Shown: positions 47,024-56,834, counted from the first letter of the stretch. The stretch is 64,000 bases of DNA from Bacteroidales bacterium (GCA_022865305.1 JALHSP010000016.1:2812-66811), one strand, 5' to 3'. The notes: generated from the letters alone by a model not told the origin. Numbers and translations are program-made.

Positions 47024-49381
47024 TTACTCATACCTCAATGCTTCCACCGGATTCCTGGTTGCTATCCTCCAGCTCTGCAAGCCCACTGTTGATAAAGCGA
47101 TAATATATGCAATAAGCGGGCCGGCAAAAAATGGCCATATTGGCATTGGAGCGTGAAAATTAAATCTCGATAGAAAGATATTACCCACAAGATATGCAAC
47201 AGGTAATGAGATAATAATCGAAATTATCAACCATTTTGAGTAGTTATTTCCAAGCAGCTGCATAACTTGAATAGTTGTTGCACCGTTGATTTTTCTGATC
47301 CCTATCTCTTTAGTCCGGCTTGCAGCTGTGAAGGAAGCTAAACCGGATAGCCCAAGACATGCCAGCATAAGTGCTACAATAAAGGCTACACCAATAAGTT
47401 TTGATATAGTGGTCAGTTCAGATCTTTTAACAATATCACTGAAAAGACTTGCCTGAAACATATTATCAGGCTCATACTTTTTAAATGCAATGCTGATTCT
47501 TTCCGATATAGAGGAATAGCTGTCCGATGAAAATCTGATCAGAATATTATTTCGGTTTTCAGACCCTACAGAGATGATAGTAGGCGTGAATGGTCCGGAA
47601 AGGTCCACTGCATGAAAGTCTTTAAAAACACCGATAATGGTCCCTTTTCTGCCGTCGAGAGTAAGCGATCTGCCTACTGGATTTTCATACTTCATAACCT
47701 CCGCTGCAATATTATTGATCACGTAGCAGGCTGAATCAGAAGGGAAGGATTTATTAAAGTATCTTCCTTCAATCACCGCTAAATTGACTGTATTATTATA
47801 GTTGAAGTCAGTGTTGATACACCAGAAATGCAATTTCTCAGATACATCTTTGCCTTCCCAGGCTACTTCATTGGTAACCTTGGCTCCTCGCGATGGTATG
47901 CAATTCGAATAGCTTACAGATTCAATGCCCGGGATGGAAAGTAGATCTGTTTTAAAACTTTCTTCATGTGCCTCAAGATTCTTTGAATTATTGAGTATTA
48001 ATAATTTATCCTTGTCGAATCCGAGATCAAAATTCCGTACATATTTATCCTGAACGTTAATGATCATCATGCATATAATGAAAATAACAGGTATTGTAAA
48101 CTGAAATACAATAAGGCTTTGCCTGAAAGAAGAAAAGCTGTGACTGGTAACTATCTTCCCTTTTAGGGTACTGACCGGATTAGAAGAAGACAGGTATATC
48201 GCAGGGAGTAAGCCCGAAAATAAAACAGAAAATACAGTAATAATGGCTAAACCGAGAATAACCCGGAAATCTGAGAAATCAAAATGAAGGTTTCCATTTG
48301 TCATGGAATTGAATCCGCGCAAAAGGATCCTTACCAGTTCTGAAGCAAACATTAGGCTTATAAGTACAAGGATTAAAGTCTCTACCAGGTATTGAAGAAT
48401 TATTGTCGATTTTTTGGCACCCACTACCTTTCTGATCCCTGCTTCGCGATACCTCCTGATATTCATAGCAATAGCCAGGTTGATGAAGTTAAAACAGGCA
48501 ATCAGTAGAATTGAAAATCCTAAGATGCCAGCTATTAGCAAATACTGCATTCCAGCCCCACCCCAGACCCTTCGTCCTCCGATATAATTATATAGGGTCT
48601 TATCTTTAAGAGGAAACAGAAATAATTCCTGATTAAGCGTGCTCTCCTGGGTCTTAATTAAATCCCTGATCTTTCTATTGATGCTGTCTGCGTTTGCCTC
48701 TTTATTCAAAAGTGCCCATATCTGGCAGGCAGATGCTCCAGTTTCATTTGCCCGGCTGTTTTCAGCAACAAACTTTGAGAATGGAATTATAAAATCAAAC
48801 CTGAAGGAAGACTCAGATGGAATGTCCTCCAGAACTCCTGCAATTTTATACCCTACTTCAGTGTTGTTATCCTTTTGTATCAATGTTTTACCAAGACAGT
48901 CCGCTGATCCAAAATGCTTAACTGCCATTCCTTTTGAAATTACTATCGAATTAATCCCCCACAACTCTTCTGAGAAAGATCCTGAAACAAATGGGAAAGA
49001 AAACATGTCAAAAAAAGTCTCATCAGTAAAAAGACCATTCTCTGTGAAAGCTTTTTCCCCATTTATAAAGGTATAACTGCGATTCGCAATCCGTGTCAGT
49101 AATTCAAACTCAGGAATCTTTTCCTCCAGATTATCGACAAGGGATGCAGAAAGAAGCTGTTTTGGAAAGCGGTCTCCATTAAAATATGTCACGTTTGCCT
49201 CGACTGCATATATTTTTTCATACTTATCATGAAACTTGTCAAAACTTAGCATACGATTAATATGCAGCATCGCAATAATTGAAAAGGAGAGCCCAAATGT
49301 AAGGCACAGATAATTCATTATGGTGTATGTTTTGTTACGCCATAAAAAACGAAATGCAATTTTAAGAAAGTTCCAGACCAT
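47024..49381 (-). CDS. MacB/FtsX-type ABC transporter permease
   Basis: FNFINLAIAMNIRRYREAGIRKVVGA, LIVFQFTI, RTKEIGIRKINGA, NPVEALRYE. Confidence 0.93.
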   Translation of the reverse strand: MVWNFLKIAFRFLWRNKTYTIMNYLCLTFGLSFSIIAMLHINRMLSFDKFHDKYEKIYAVEANVTYFNGDRFPKQLLSASLVDNLEEKIPEFELLTRIANRSYTFINGEKAFTENGLFTDETFFDMFSFPFVSGSFSEELWGINSIVISKGMAVKHFGSADCLGKTLIQKDNNTEVGYKIAGVLEDIPSESSFRFDFIIPFSKFVAENSRANETGASACQIWALLNKEANADSINRKIRDLIKTQESTLNQELFLFPLKDKTLYNYIGGRRVWGGAGMQYLLIAGILGFSILLIACFNFINLAIAMNIRRYREAGIRKVVGAKKSTIILQYLVETLILVLISLMFASELVRILLRGFNSMTNGNLHFDFSDFRVILGLAIITVFSVLFSGLLPAIYLSSSNPVSTLKGKIVTSHSFSSFRQSLIVFQFTIPVIFIICMMIINVQDKYVRNFDLGFDKDKLLILNNSKNLEAHEESFKTDLLSIPGIESVSYSNCIPSRGAKVTNEVAWEGKDVSEKLHFWCINTDFNYNNTVNLAVIEGRYFNKSFPSDSACYVINNIAAEVMKYENPVGRSLTLDGRKGTIIGVFKDFHAVDLSGPFTPTIISVGSENRNNILIRFSSDSYSSISERISIAFKKYEPDNMFQASLFSDIVKRSELTTISKLIGVAFIVALMLACLGLSGLASFTAASRTKEIGIRKINGATTIQVMQLLGNNYSKWLIISIIISLPVAYLVGNIFLSRFNFHAPMPIWPFFAGPLIAYIIALSTVGLQSWRIATRNPVEALRYE

Positions 49382-49680
49382 GGCTTATTGCTTTTAGTTT
49401 ATACTTATCTTTATTCGTCCAAAATTCATTGCAATAATTTTCTCACATCAGTGTGTTTCAAACCCGATACGCCGACAGGATCATTTGTATAGTCTATCCA
49501 TACCTCAATGTTGTCACCGTGTTCATCTTCGCAGCCATTAATACTCCTCAAAGCTGTAATGATGGATTTTAAAATATTTTTTAACTGTTTTTCAATATAT
49601 ATACCAAACTCATGCCATAGTTTATATATGTATGATATAGAGCTGTTTAAATATTGTAATATTTTTGGGACGTAAATATA

Positions 49681-49700
49681 TTTTACAATTAATTGTAAAA
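49681..49700. promoter_or_regulatory. Perfect 20-bp AT-rich palindrome
   Basis: TTTTACAATTAATTGTAAAA equals its own reverse complement. Confidence 0.45.
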
Positions 49701-49756
49701 ATATTTTACATATTGAACACAATATCTTCAAAGTTAAGTCTGAAACATGCAGGTAT

Positions 49757-49822
49757 TTAATCTGGCAGACATAAAAGAGCCAGTTTAGGGCCACAACCAA
49801 AAAGTGTCATTGAGGTTTTCAT
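49757..49822 (-). pseudogene. 21-codon N-terminal stub resembling an ICMT/PEMT-family membrane methyltransferase
   Basis: MKTSMTLFGCGPKLALLCLP then stop; family resemblance from recall only. Confidence 0.35.
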
Positions 49823-49851
49823 TGTTGAATTAAAATTAATGTTATAAATGC

Positions 49852-50529
49852 TTAATGAGAATTTTGCCGCTTTTCCAACCGCAAAAGGATAATGGCAAGG
49901 GCCACAACCCATAGCATGTAGCCGTAGATGTTGATGCGCTCCCAAACCCCAATCAAAGGAGTAGGCAGATTTGCCGAAATCCGGGAACCATCAATAAAAG
50001 TCAAAACACCAAACACGATGAAGATCATCATTGTAGCGATCGAATAGAGTCGGAACTGCTTTCCGAATGCCGCAGCCGCGAATCCTATAGCGGGGAACAT
50101 GCAAAGAAGAACACCCACTCCGGTGAGAATTATGTGCATGGTATCGGTAAGTGTTCCCTCGACCCCACGCAGGTGTATCGGGGAAAATATCGTCACTAAT
50201 AAGCCGAGTACCTCCTTTCCAACTATCCCGACCGACGCAAAGCGCAAAGCGCGCTTTTGACCTGATGATTGCCAGACGCCCACTCCGAATGCGTACACAA
50301 GCAGGGAATACGTTATGAAAAGCGGAACGACGAGTGGTCTCGTCGGAGCGTCGATAGCGATTAGCTCGCTGACTGTTTGATCGGTGTAACTATAGTCCTT
50401 CCACTGTAAAGCTGCGAGTATGTCAGTGCCGACATAAAGCAGCGATGAGAGGATACCACAAATGAGCAGGATTCTTTTCAATGAGACTTTTCCTGAAAAT
50501 ACGGTTGAACCTGAAATTGTTGTTATCAT
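49852..50529 (-). CDS. DUF998-like membrane protein
   Basis: YSYTDQTVSEL.AIDAP, TDTMHIILT, GVWERINIY; 5-6 TM. Confidence 0.8.
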   Translation of the reverse strand: MITTISGSTVFSGKVSLKRILLICGILSSLLYVGTDILAALQWKDYSYTDQTVSELIAIDAPTRPLVVPLFITYSLLVYAFGVGVWQSSGQKRALRFASVGIVGKEVLGLLVTIFSPIHLRGVEGTLTDTMHIILTGVGVLLCMFPAIGFAAAAFGKQFRLYSIATMMIFIVFGVLTFIDGSRISANLPTPLIGVWERINIYGYMLWVVALAIILLRLEKRQNSH

Positions 50530-50607
50530 ATTTAAATTTCTTTAAAAATAATTGAGTTGATTTCTATAAATCAGATGTATCCAGCATTTAGAATACCTGC
50601 CCAACTA

Positions 50608-51435
50608 TTAAGCTTTTGAATTTATCCATTTTTTGAATGTTGTTTCGGGTTTACCAAGCAGGTTGTTTGTTTCATCGGGATTACCTATCTCACTTACTTT
50701 TTCAAAATAGGCAAATAACGAAGCAGCATTCATTAACTCTTTGTTACCTGTCATCTTTGCTATTAATTTAATCATCCACAAAGGAACAGATGATACTTTT
50801 TTGATTTCGGGATGACACTGTTTGCAGTACCTTTCCAATAAATCCTTCATAAGATATTGTTCCGGTCCGCAAACGAAAAATATTTTATTTTTTGCTTCGG
50901 GTTTTTTGTAAGCAACTGATACCATTCGGGCATAATCGCCAGCAGCAACCCAGTGAGATGGATTTGGTTGCTTGCCCAACAGCATAGCTTTTCCGTCTCT
51001 TATCATCAAATCAAGTGATTCGAAAAACCAGGTAGGACGAAAAATCATATATGGAATGCCACTGTTGATAAGGGATTGCTCTGCCTGATATTTATTTTCT
51101 ATCATCGAAAACCAACGGTTCTCTTCGGATACTGTGCACCCGGAAACATAGCTCATCAGTTTTATTTCTTTTTGTTCAGCAATTTCTACAATAGATTTAA
51201 CTGCCGATGCTTCATTAACATTTGAAAGCGATATATGAACCGCTTCGCATCCATTCATTGCCCTGGACAAATCGTCCGGATCAAAAACATCGCCCTGAAC
51301 CATCTCGTATTCTTTATCAAACATCGATTTGTGTACGCTCCTTGAAAATAAGCGGAGTTGACAACCTGCGTTATCTAAATGTCTGATTACCGGCTTTGCC
51401 AGCATACCACTTGCACCTATTATTAATACTTTCAT
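50608..51435 (-). CDS. NAD(P)H-binding atypical SDR (NmrA-like)
   Basis: VLIIGASGMLA, VQGDV, KYQAEQSLINSGIPYMIFRPTWF. Confidence 0.88.
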   Translation of the reverse strand: MKVLIIGASGMLAKPVIRHLDNAGCQLRLFSRSVHKSMFDKEYEMVQGDVFDPDDLSRAMNGCEAVHISLSNVNEASAVKSIVEIAEQKEIKLMSYVSGCTVSEENRWFSMIENKYQAEQSLINSGIPYMIFRPTWFFESLDLMIRDGKAMLLGKQPNPSHWVAAGDYARMVSVAYKKPEAKNKIFFVCGPEQYLMKDLLERYCKQCHPEIKKVSSVPLWMIKLIAKMTGNKELMNAASLFAYFEKVSEIGNPDETNNLLGKPETTFKKWINSKA

Positions 51436-51595
51436 CTTAAATTTCCTTTTTTAATTATTATATTTTTAGATGTACCATATATTGAATGTCAAGAGAATCA
51501 GAAATCATGGCTATTTGTTTGTTTTTAAAACTTAACTTAAAGTCTTCGATCATATTAATTCTGATTTTTCAGCTTTTGATGTATAATTCTTATTT

Positions 51596-53836
51596 CTAGA
51601 ATGATTGTCCTGCATGGAAAAATAACATCATTCCTTCTCCGGCGAACCCGAAATCCATACCAAGAATTGAATTTTCATTTGAGCCAAAATTAAATCTTGG
51701 ACCGAAACCAGCACTATAATGAAAATCATTAAGACTGAAGTCTGAAGGTTTATTTTGCACCTGTCCAATATCATAAAATGCAACTCCGCTTATAATTTTC
51801 CAGACAGGGAAACGATATTCTGCCTGACCATAAATGCCGGTTTTATCAATAAATCGTGAGACATAGTAACCACGACCTAAAATAGATCCGCCAAAATCCG
51901 GCAGATAGTTAAAAGGGATATCTCCAAATGTCTGGCGGTATAGAATCCTTCCACATAATATATTACGGGGGAATATCGAAATATAACCCCTGGCATCATA
52001 AGTCATTCTTTGAAATTCGTTTTTACTGCCAAGAAATTTTGGCGAAAATTCGGGTGTAACAGATATCATTGCACCTTTCCAGGGGTTATTTTGATGATCG
52101 CGTGAATCGTAAGTAAAAGAAAGTGACAGGAGTGTCTGATTGCCTCCTTTTGCACCGGGGATTGTTGATGGAATTGCACTTTCATTGGTGTCAGTCTTAA
52201 ATTGATCGAATGATACAGAATATGTCAGTTTCCAATATTTGTTCCAAGTAGAAGTAGCAGAAATATTTTCTTTAATACTAATCGAACCATACTCTATACT
52301 TGTGTCTCTCATGGTATTGTTTCCAATTCCGTAAAATAACCTATTCAGGTTGTCAAAATGAAAGGTTGTTTCTATTGCAGTCTTTTTTATCGGGCTTGGC
52401 ATGAAGAATTGAAGGTTGGCTGACCACATATTTCTTGTACTCCATGCAACATCTCCATATAAACTTATTCCGGAATGCAGAATGTCAAAATTGGTATAAT
52501 TGACTCCCATGTTAAAGAGGGAAATCATATCATAAAAACCATAAGGGAAAATCATAGAAGTTTTTGTTCTGAAATAAGGCAAATATTTATTAACCAGCAT
52601 TCCGTTTTCGACGATAACATCGCCATGCAGCATGGTACGGATTATTCTTGTTGAGGTTAATTTGCCTGTATCAATTTTGCCCTCATAAAAGACAAGGTTG
52701 GCACGATATCCTTTTCCGATGAATCCAATTTCTTTTTCTTTCCCGATTTTTTTTGCTCCATAATTTGTAGCACCACGAAGTACCTCAATCCTTGAAACAC
52801 CAATTTCTTCCAGAAGATTCATTTCTTTGAAAATATCATCACCACAATACTCTCCATAAGAAGCAGGGTAATCAGTTCCCACAACAATTGGTACATTTAG
52901 GTCTGATGCTCTTTTAATGGTTTTCTTCATAGACGGTACTCCTTTGGGAGCATAATGATCATAAGCACTTAAAGTAGGTGTGAAGGAAATATTCCGGTCT
53001 TTAAGCTCCAGAAAGAAACTATCAGAAGTTGTTTCAAATCCATGTTCAATCCCATCAACATTTATTCCGGCCATGACCAGAGCTTCCTCTTCTGAGCCAA
53101 CATGTGCCATTACTTTCAATCCCAGTTTATGTGATTCATCCACGATTCCTCTTGCCACATCAAGATTTAAGCGAGGAGCGCCACCTTCCTGATACCACAT
53201 GCGGTCATACACAATTTTAATAAAGTCAATCTTTTGATTTGCCAGAAAATCAATTTCATTCTTAGCTTTGGTTATATCAGTAACCTGAAAAGTGCCATTT
53301 GAGATCAGGTCATGGTGACCGGTATAATATCCTACCGGATGACCATTCGGCGCAGTAAACAGAGGCCCTGGGAAATATAGTTCCGGACCGATTATCTTAC
53401 CCTTTATCAAAGCAATTCTGACTGGTTTGTAACTTTCCAAAGGAGAACCCATATCGATAATAGATGTGACACCATTCATAAGCAGGTGTAACCGATGCTC
53501 CGGGAAAAGAGAAAAACCTTCGCTTGCCAACTTGCCCCAGCTGTGTTTTTCGATTTCGTTTATATATGGCATTGAAGCTCCCATAAAATGAATATGACTG
53601 TCTATGAACCCCGGTAGTATAGCGCAATTTGAAGCGTCAATTACTTCTGCTCCCTTGGGAATTGAGTAATCCTGAGCGTAAATATCCTGAATCAGTCCTT
53701 TATTGATTTCAATAATCCTGGCACCAAAGAATTGATTTCCATCAAATACCTGACCAGCTTTAATGTAGACTGATTGTGTATGTGATTGGATAAATATGAA
53801 AAGTCCTGTTAATATGAAAGAGATTCTGATCTTCAT
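51596..53836 (-). CDS. Secreted metal-dependent amidohydrolase fused to an Omp85/BamA-TamA-type beta-barrel
   Basis: Signal peptide; PGFIDSHIH, DFIKI, MAHVG, GIEHG, VGTD; then ~330-aa barrel with YDSRDHQNNPWKG, RGY, QAEYRFP, GFGPRF, C-terminal GQSF. Confidence 0.85.
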   Translation of the reverse strand: MKIRISFILTGLFIFIQSHTQSVYIKAGQVFDGNQFFGARIIEINKGLIQDIYAQDYSIPKGAEVIDASNCAILPGFIDSHIHFMGASMPYINEIEKHSWGKLASEGFSLFPEHRLHLLMNGVTSIIDMGSPLESYKPVRIALIKGKIIGPELYFPGPLFTAPNGHPVGYYTGHHDLISNGTFQVTDITKAKNEIDFLANQKIDFIKIVYDRMWYQEGGAPRLNLDVARGIVDESHKLGLKVMAHVGSEEEALVMAGINVDGIEHGFETTSDSFFLELKDRNISFTPTLSAYDHYAPKGVPSMKKTIKRASDLNVPIVVGTDYPASYGEYCGDDIFKEMNLLEEIGVSRIEVLRGATNYGAKKIGKEKEIGFIGKGYRANLVFYEGKIDTGKLTSTRIIRTMLHGDVIVENGMLVNKYLPYFRTKTSMIFPYGFYDMISLFNMGVNYTNFDILHSGISLYGDVAWSTRNMWSANLQFFMPSPIKKTAIETTFHFDNLNRLFYGIGNNTMRDTSIEYGSISIKENISATSTWNKYWKLTYSVSFDQFKTDTNESAIPSTIPGAKGGNQTLLSLSFTYDSRDHQNNPWKGAMISVTPEFSPKFLGSKNEFQRMTYDARGYISIFPRNILCGRILYRQTFGDIPFNYLPDFGGSILGRGYYVSRFIDKTGIYGQAEYRFPVWKIISGVAFYDIGQVQNKPSDFSLNDFHYSAGFGPRFNFGSNENSILGMDFGFAGEGMMLFFHAGQSF

Positions 53837-53846
53837 TATTATTCAA

Positions 53847-54410
53847 CTAACTAAGATACACAATGAAATGACATGTTTTGCCACCCCTTCTCAGGCTTTC
53901 AAGGATTTCAACCCTGAATGGTTTGCCAAGGGCTGTTTCGAATATAGTCTTGTGTGTGTTACGTGTACATTCACAATGAATATCGTTGGGTTTGGGAGCT
54001 CTATAATTAGCAGCGGGACAATAACAGTCTTTTGAAACCTCTCCATATCGGATATGTAAAGTTTCCCCTTCTTTCCATATCTCAAAATTCTTTTTGTAGC
54101 TTTCAATGAGTTTGTCAAGGTCCCCGCTTCCATTGATTGCAATATCTTTCTTGAACTGATATCTATTAAAGCAAGCTACGCCGCAATTTCCGACTATCTT
54201 CTCCTGTGTCTTGCGGTCTAGATTTTTATCTATTGAATCGAGTAAATCTGAAAGCCAGTTCTCAACAAATTGTTTTTGAGATTGAAGCTCCCGTAGTTTA
54301 TCGTCCTGAAAGACATTTGCACCAGAGGCTTCAGATGCTGAAAGTTTCTGTATAACAAACGGGCAAACGCCGAGAAGAGCAAGTTTTTGGGTAAATGATT
54401 TTCTATCCAT
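53847..54410 (-). CDS. Cys-rich DUF6144-like protein with Tat-like N-terminus
   Basis: MDRKSF; CGVAC, CYCP, HCEC, FETALGKPFRVEILESLRRGGKTC. Confidence 0.7.
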   Translation of the reverse strand: MDRKSFTQKLALLGVCPFVIQKLSASEASGANVFQDDKLRELQSQKQFVENWLSDLLDSIDKNLDRKTQEKIVGNCGVACFNRYQFKKDIAINGSGDLDKLIESYKKNFEIWKEGETLHIRYGEVSKDCYCPAANYRAPKPNDIHCECTRNTHKTIFETALGKPFRVEILESLRRGGKTCHFIVYLS

Positions 54411-54575
54411 TGGTAAAATATAATAGAGTAAACAATTATTATTATATACTACTTATGACCGGGAAGAGGTAAATTTCCCCTATAAGGAAAAGGAATAAGA
54501 AGAGCAGAGGAAGAGATTTAATACAGATAGAGTCTCGATGTCATAGGCCTCGGCTTATCTTACACTGCATGATGT

Positions 54576-55400
54576 TTAGGAACCTACACCTAAAATTCCA
54601 AGAAGAATTAATATCCAAATCGGAGAGTTGCCAAGAATATGTACAAATGCAGAGGCCCAGGTGCTTCTGCATTTTTGTGCTACCCAGGGTGTCAGCAGCA
54701 TACTTGGCAACATACCGATAAATTGCCATTTTAAACATGCATGAAAAATGTAGGCCCAAAATAAACCGTTTATCAACCAGGCCCATCTACCATATTTAAC
54801 CTCTTGACGAGGTAAAATATAACCACGCCACATTAACTCTTCTCCTAACATAGCAGTAATATGCAATGGAACAAAAACAAAAAGGATTCCCCAATTTCCT
54901 TTAAGTTGAACCCCTAAAAATTCTTTAAATGGCAATGATACTTCAAGGAAAGGATTAAAAGGGACAGGAAGATAATCTGGTGGTGCAAAAAAATGAATTC
55001 TGCCAAGCCATCTGCCAATTCCATCAAGACTAAGGTCAGAGATAATGCAGACTATTAATACACCAATAACTAAAAACCATAGTTTACCCGCTATTGGATT
55101 TAGTCGAAAACGATTCTTAAAAGCTTGAAGAGACATTTCATTACCTTCATGCTTATAAAGAATAAGTGAAAAAGGAATTAATAAAATTGTTGTGACCCAT
55201 GTAAATGACATTATGCTGATAATCTGGGGTACCCCTTTACTAATAAGAAGCGGCGCTCCATAAAAAGTACCATAATATAATACCAAACCCGGGATACCAA
55301 ATAAAATTAAAGTAAACCAAACAGAAATAGGTTTAATATTATTTCTGCTGTTCATTTCTTTTCCCCTTCTGGTAATAGACTTTTTGCTTATAAAAAACAA
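54576..55400 (-). CDS. CPBP family intramembrane glutamic protease (Rce1/Abi-like)
   Basis: GEELMWRGY, FWAYIFH, FVHILGN; multi-TM. Confidence 0.9.
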   Translation of the reverse strand: MFFISKKSITRRGKEMNSRNNIKPISVWFTLILFGIPGLVLYYGTFYGAPLLISKGVPQIISIMSFTWVTTILLIPFSLILYKHEGNEMSLQAFKNRFRLNPIAGKLWFLVIGVLIVCIISDLSLDGIGRWLGRIHFFAPPDYLPVPFNPFLEVSLPFKEFLGVQLKGNWGILFVFVPLHITAMLGEELMWRGYILPRQEVKYGRWAWLINGLFWAYIFHACLKWQFIGMLPSMLLTPWVAQKCRSTWASAFVHILGNSPIWILILLGILGVGS

Positions 55401-55437
55401 TTATTGCTGTTGTTGGACGTTGGTGCTCAGGTTAAAC

Positions 55438-56148
55438 TTACCATATTCCTGGTATCAGACGGTAAGGGACTTTTTGTGCATATTCTTTATATCCTTCTAA
55501 TTCATTCCTGAGTGTCTTGTCTTCTAAAGCGGTACGAATTAAGAAAAGAATAGTCAGAATTGCCCCGGGAATTAAAGCCCAAAGTGAACCAAGTATCAAG
55601 GGAGTTGCCAGATTTAGAATTATAAATCCGACATATCCCGGGTGCCGGACATACTTATAAGGTCCGCTTGTAGCAACCTGATGACTACGGTCAAACTGGA
55701 GACGTACAGCAGTTGAGAAAAAATGATTCGATATCATTGACCATGAAAAAAATGCATGCCCCAATAACATAAGTATTAATGCACTAACATTAATCCAATC
55801 AGATATTGCAGGTGACCAGCTAAATCTGTAATCTAAACCAGCAACTACCAATATGCCTAAAGCCGGAAAAATATTCAGGGTCATAATTACTTTATCCCAC
55901 TTTTTCACATTTTCTTTTGATTTACCACGCTCCTCAATCAAATCTGCCGGTAAGATAAAAGCGTTTATAATTATAATTAAGACATATGTGCAAAGATATA
56001 TCCATGCCCAGAGCCATGCAATTTGTCCTGAAGAAACAAACAGCAAAATAGCAAACAGAACTACCTGTAATACAACCTGCATAAATCTCTTCAAAACCTT
56101 TTTCATTTTATCTGGTTTATCGTTGTTTTGTTCATTTTGTTCTTTCAT
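55438..56148 (-). CDS. Isoprenylcysteine carboxyl methyltransferase (ICMT/Ste14/PEMT) family protein
   Basis: NHFFS, GPYKYVRHPGY, RTALEDKTL..EL.GY.EY..KVPYRLIPGIW. Confidence 0.92.
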   Translation of the reverse strand: MKEQNEQNNDKPDKMKKVLKRFMQVVLQVVLFAILLFVSSGQIAWLWAWIYLCTYVLIIIINAFILPADLIEERGKSKENVKKWDKVIMTLNIFPALGILVVAGLDYRFSWSPAISDWINVSALILMLLGHAFFSWSMISNHFFSTAVRLQFDRSHQVATSGPYKYVRHPGYVGFIILNLATPLILGSLWALIPGAILTILFLIRTALEDKTLRNELEGYKEYAQKVPYRLIPGIW

Positions 56149-56252
56149 AATTTTATCTCCATATTTTAGTTTTACACCTACTTGTTTTTATATGCAAGGT
56201 AAAGGATAATTTTTTTAATCTCTCTTTTCTCCAAACTTTTCGATTAGGTTTT

Positions 56253-56297
56253 AAGGCACATTTGCAGCTTCCGGATTTCAAGCTGCAAATGTGCCTT
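56253..56297. terminator. Perfect 18-bp hairpin, likely terminator
   Basis: aaggcacatttgcagctt-ccggatttc-aagctgcaaatgtgcctt. Confidence 0.65.
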
Positions 56298-56482
56298 GTA
56301 AGATTTAATTATAGTGCTGAGTTTGATCTTTGCAAGCTCTTTTAAAAGCTTTGGTCTGTTTGAGTTTAAAGAATCCCTGCTTAGCTTTTAAATGTGCTTG
56401 CAAAGGGTTCTTTGAATTAAAAAAGAAAGATGGCATTCTGAGAAGACCAAGAAACTTTCCTTTAGCGTTGAGTGTTGATCGA

Positions 56483-56785
56483 TTACTCTTTGACCATGAC
56501 CTCGTAATGAAATACTGGTTCCATGCTAATCAGATATTTATAATCATCAGGATATAGTCGAGCTTTCGAAAAATCAGGTCCTGTAAACCTACTTACAGAA
56601 CTTTCAGACTCCCAAAAAGACATAATCATAAAGTCGGATGTGGTTTCAAAGTCTTTTATCAAAATCTGCACCCCAAGATTACCTTCGGTATCTTTCAGAC
56701 CAGGTAACCCGGTTTGCTTAATGTACTCAAAGAATTCGTCTCTGTCTTTCTTATGTACTTTCCCATTCCAGATTCTTGCAATCAT
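56483..56785 (-). CDS. ABM-fold protein, paralog of 27430-27735
   Basis: MIARIWNG...GNLGVQIL...FMIMSFWES...FTG.D..KARLYP.D. Confidence 0.8.
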   Translation of the reverse strand: MIARIWNGKVHKKDRDEFFEYIKQTGLPGLKDTEGNLGVQILIKDFETTSDFMIMSFWESESSVSRFTGPDFSKARLYPDDYKYLISMEPVFHYEVMVKE

Positions 56786-56834
56786 AATTTAAGAAATAAG
56801 TGTTAGTAAATAGTAAATAATGTAAAAATAAGTA

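Noticed and set aside
49426-49800. 124-aa minus-strand ORF
   Set aside because: It runs through extremely AT-rich spacer DNA and the palindrome; GTG start; no motif
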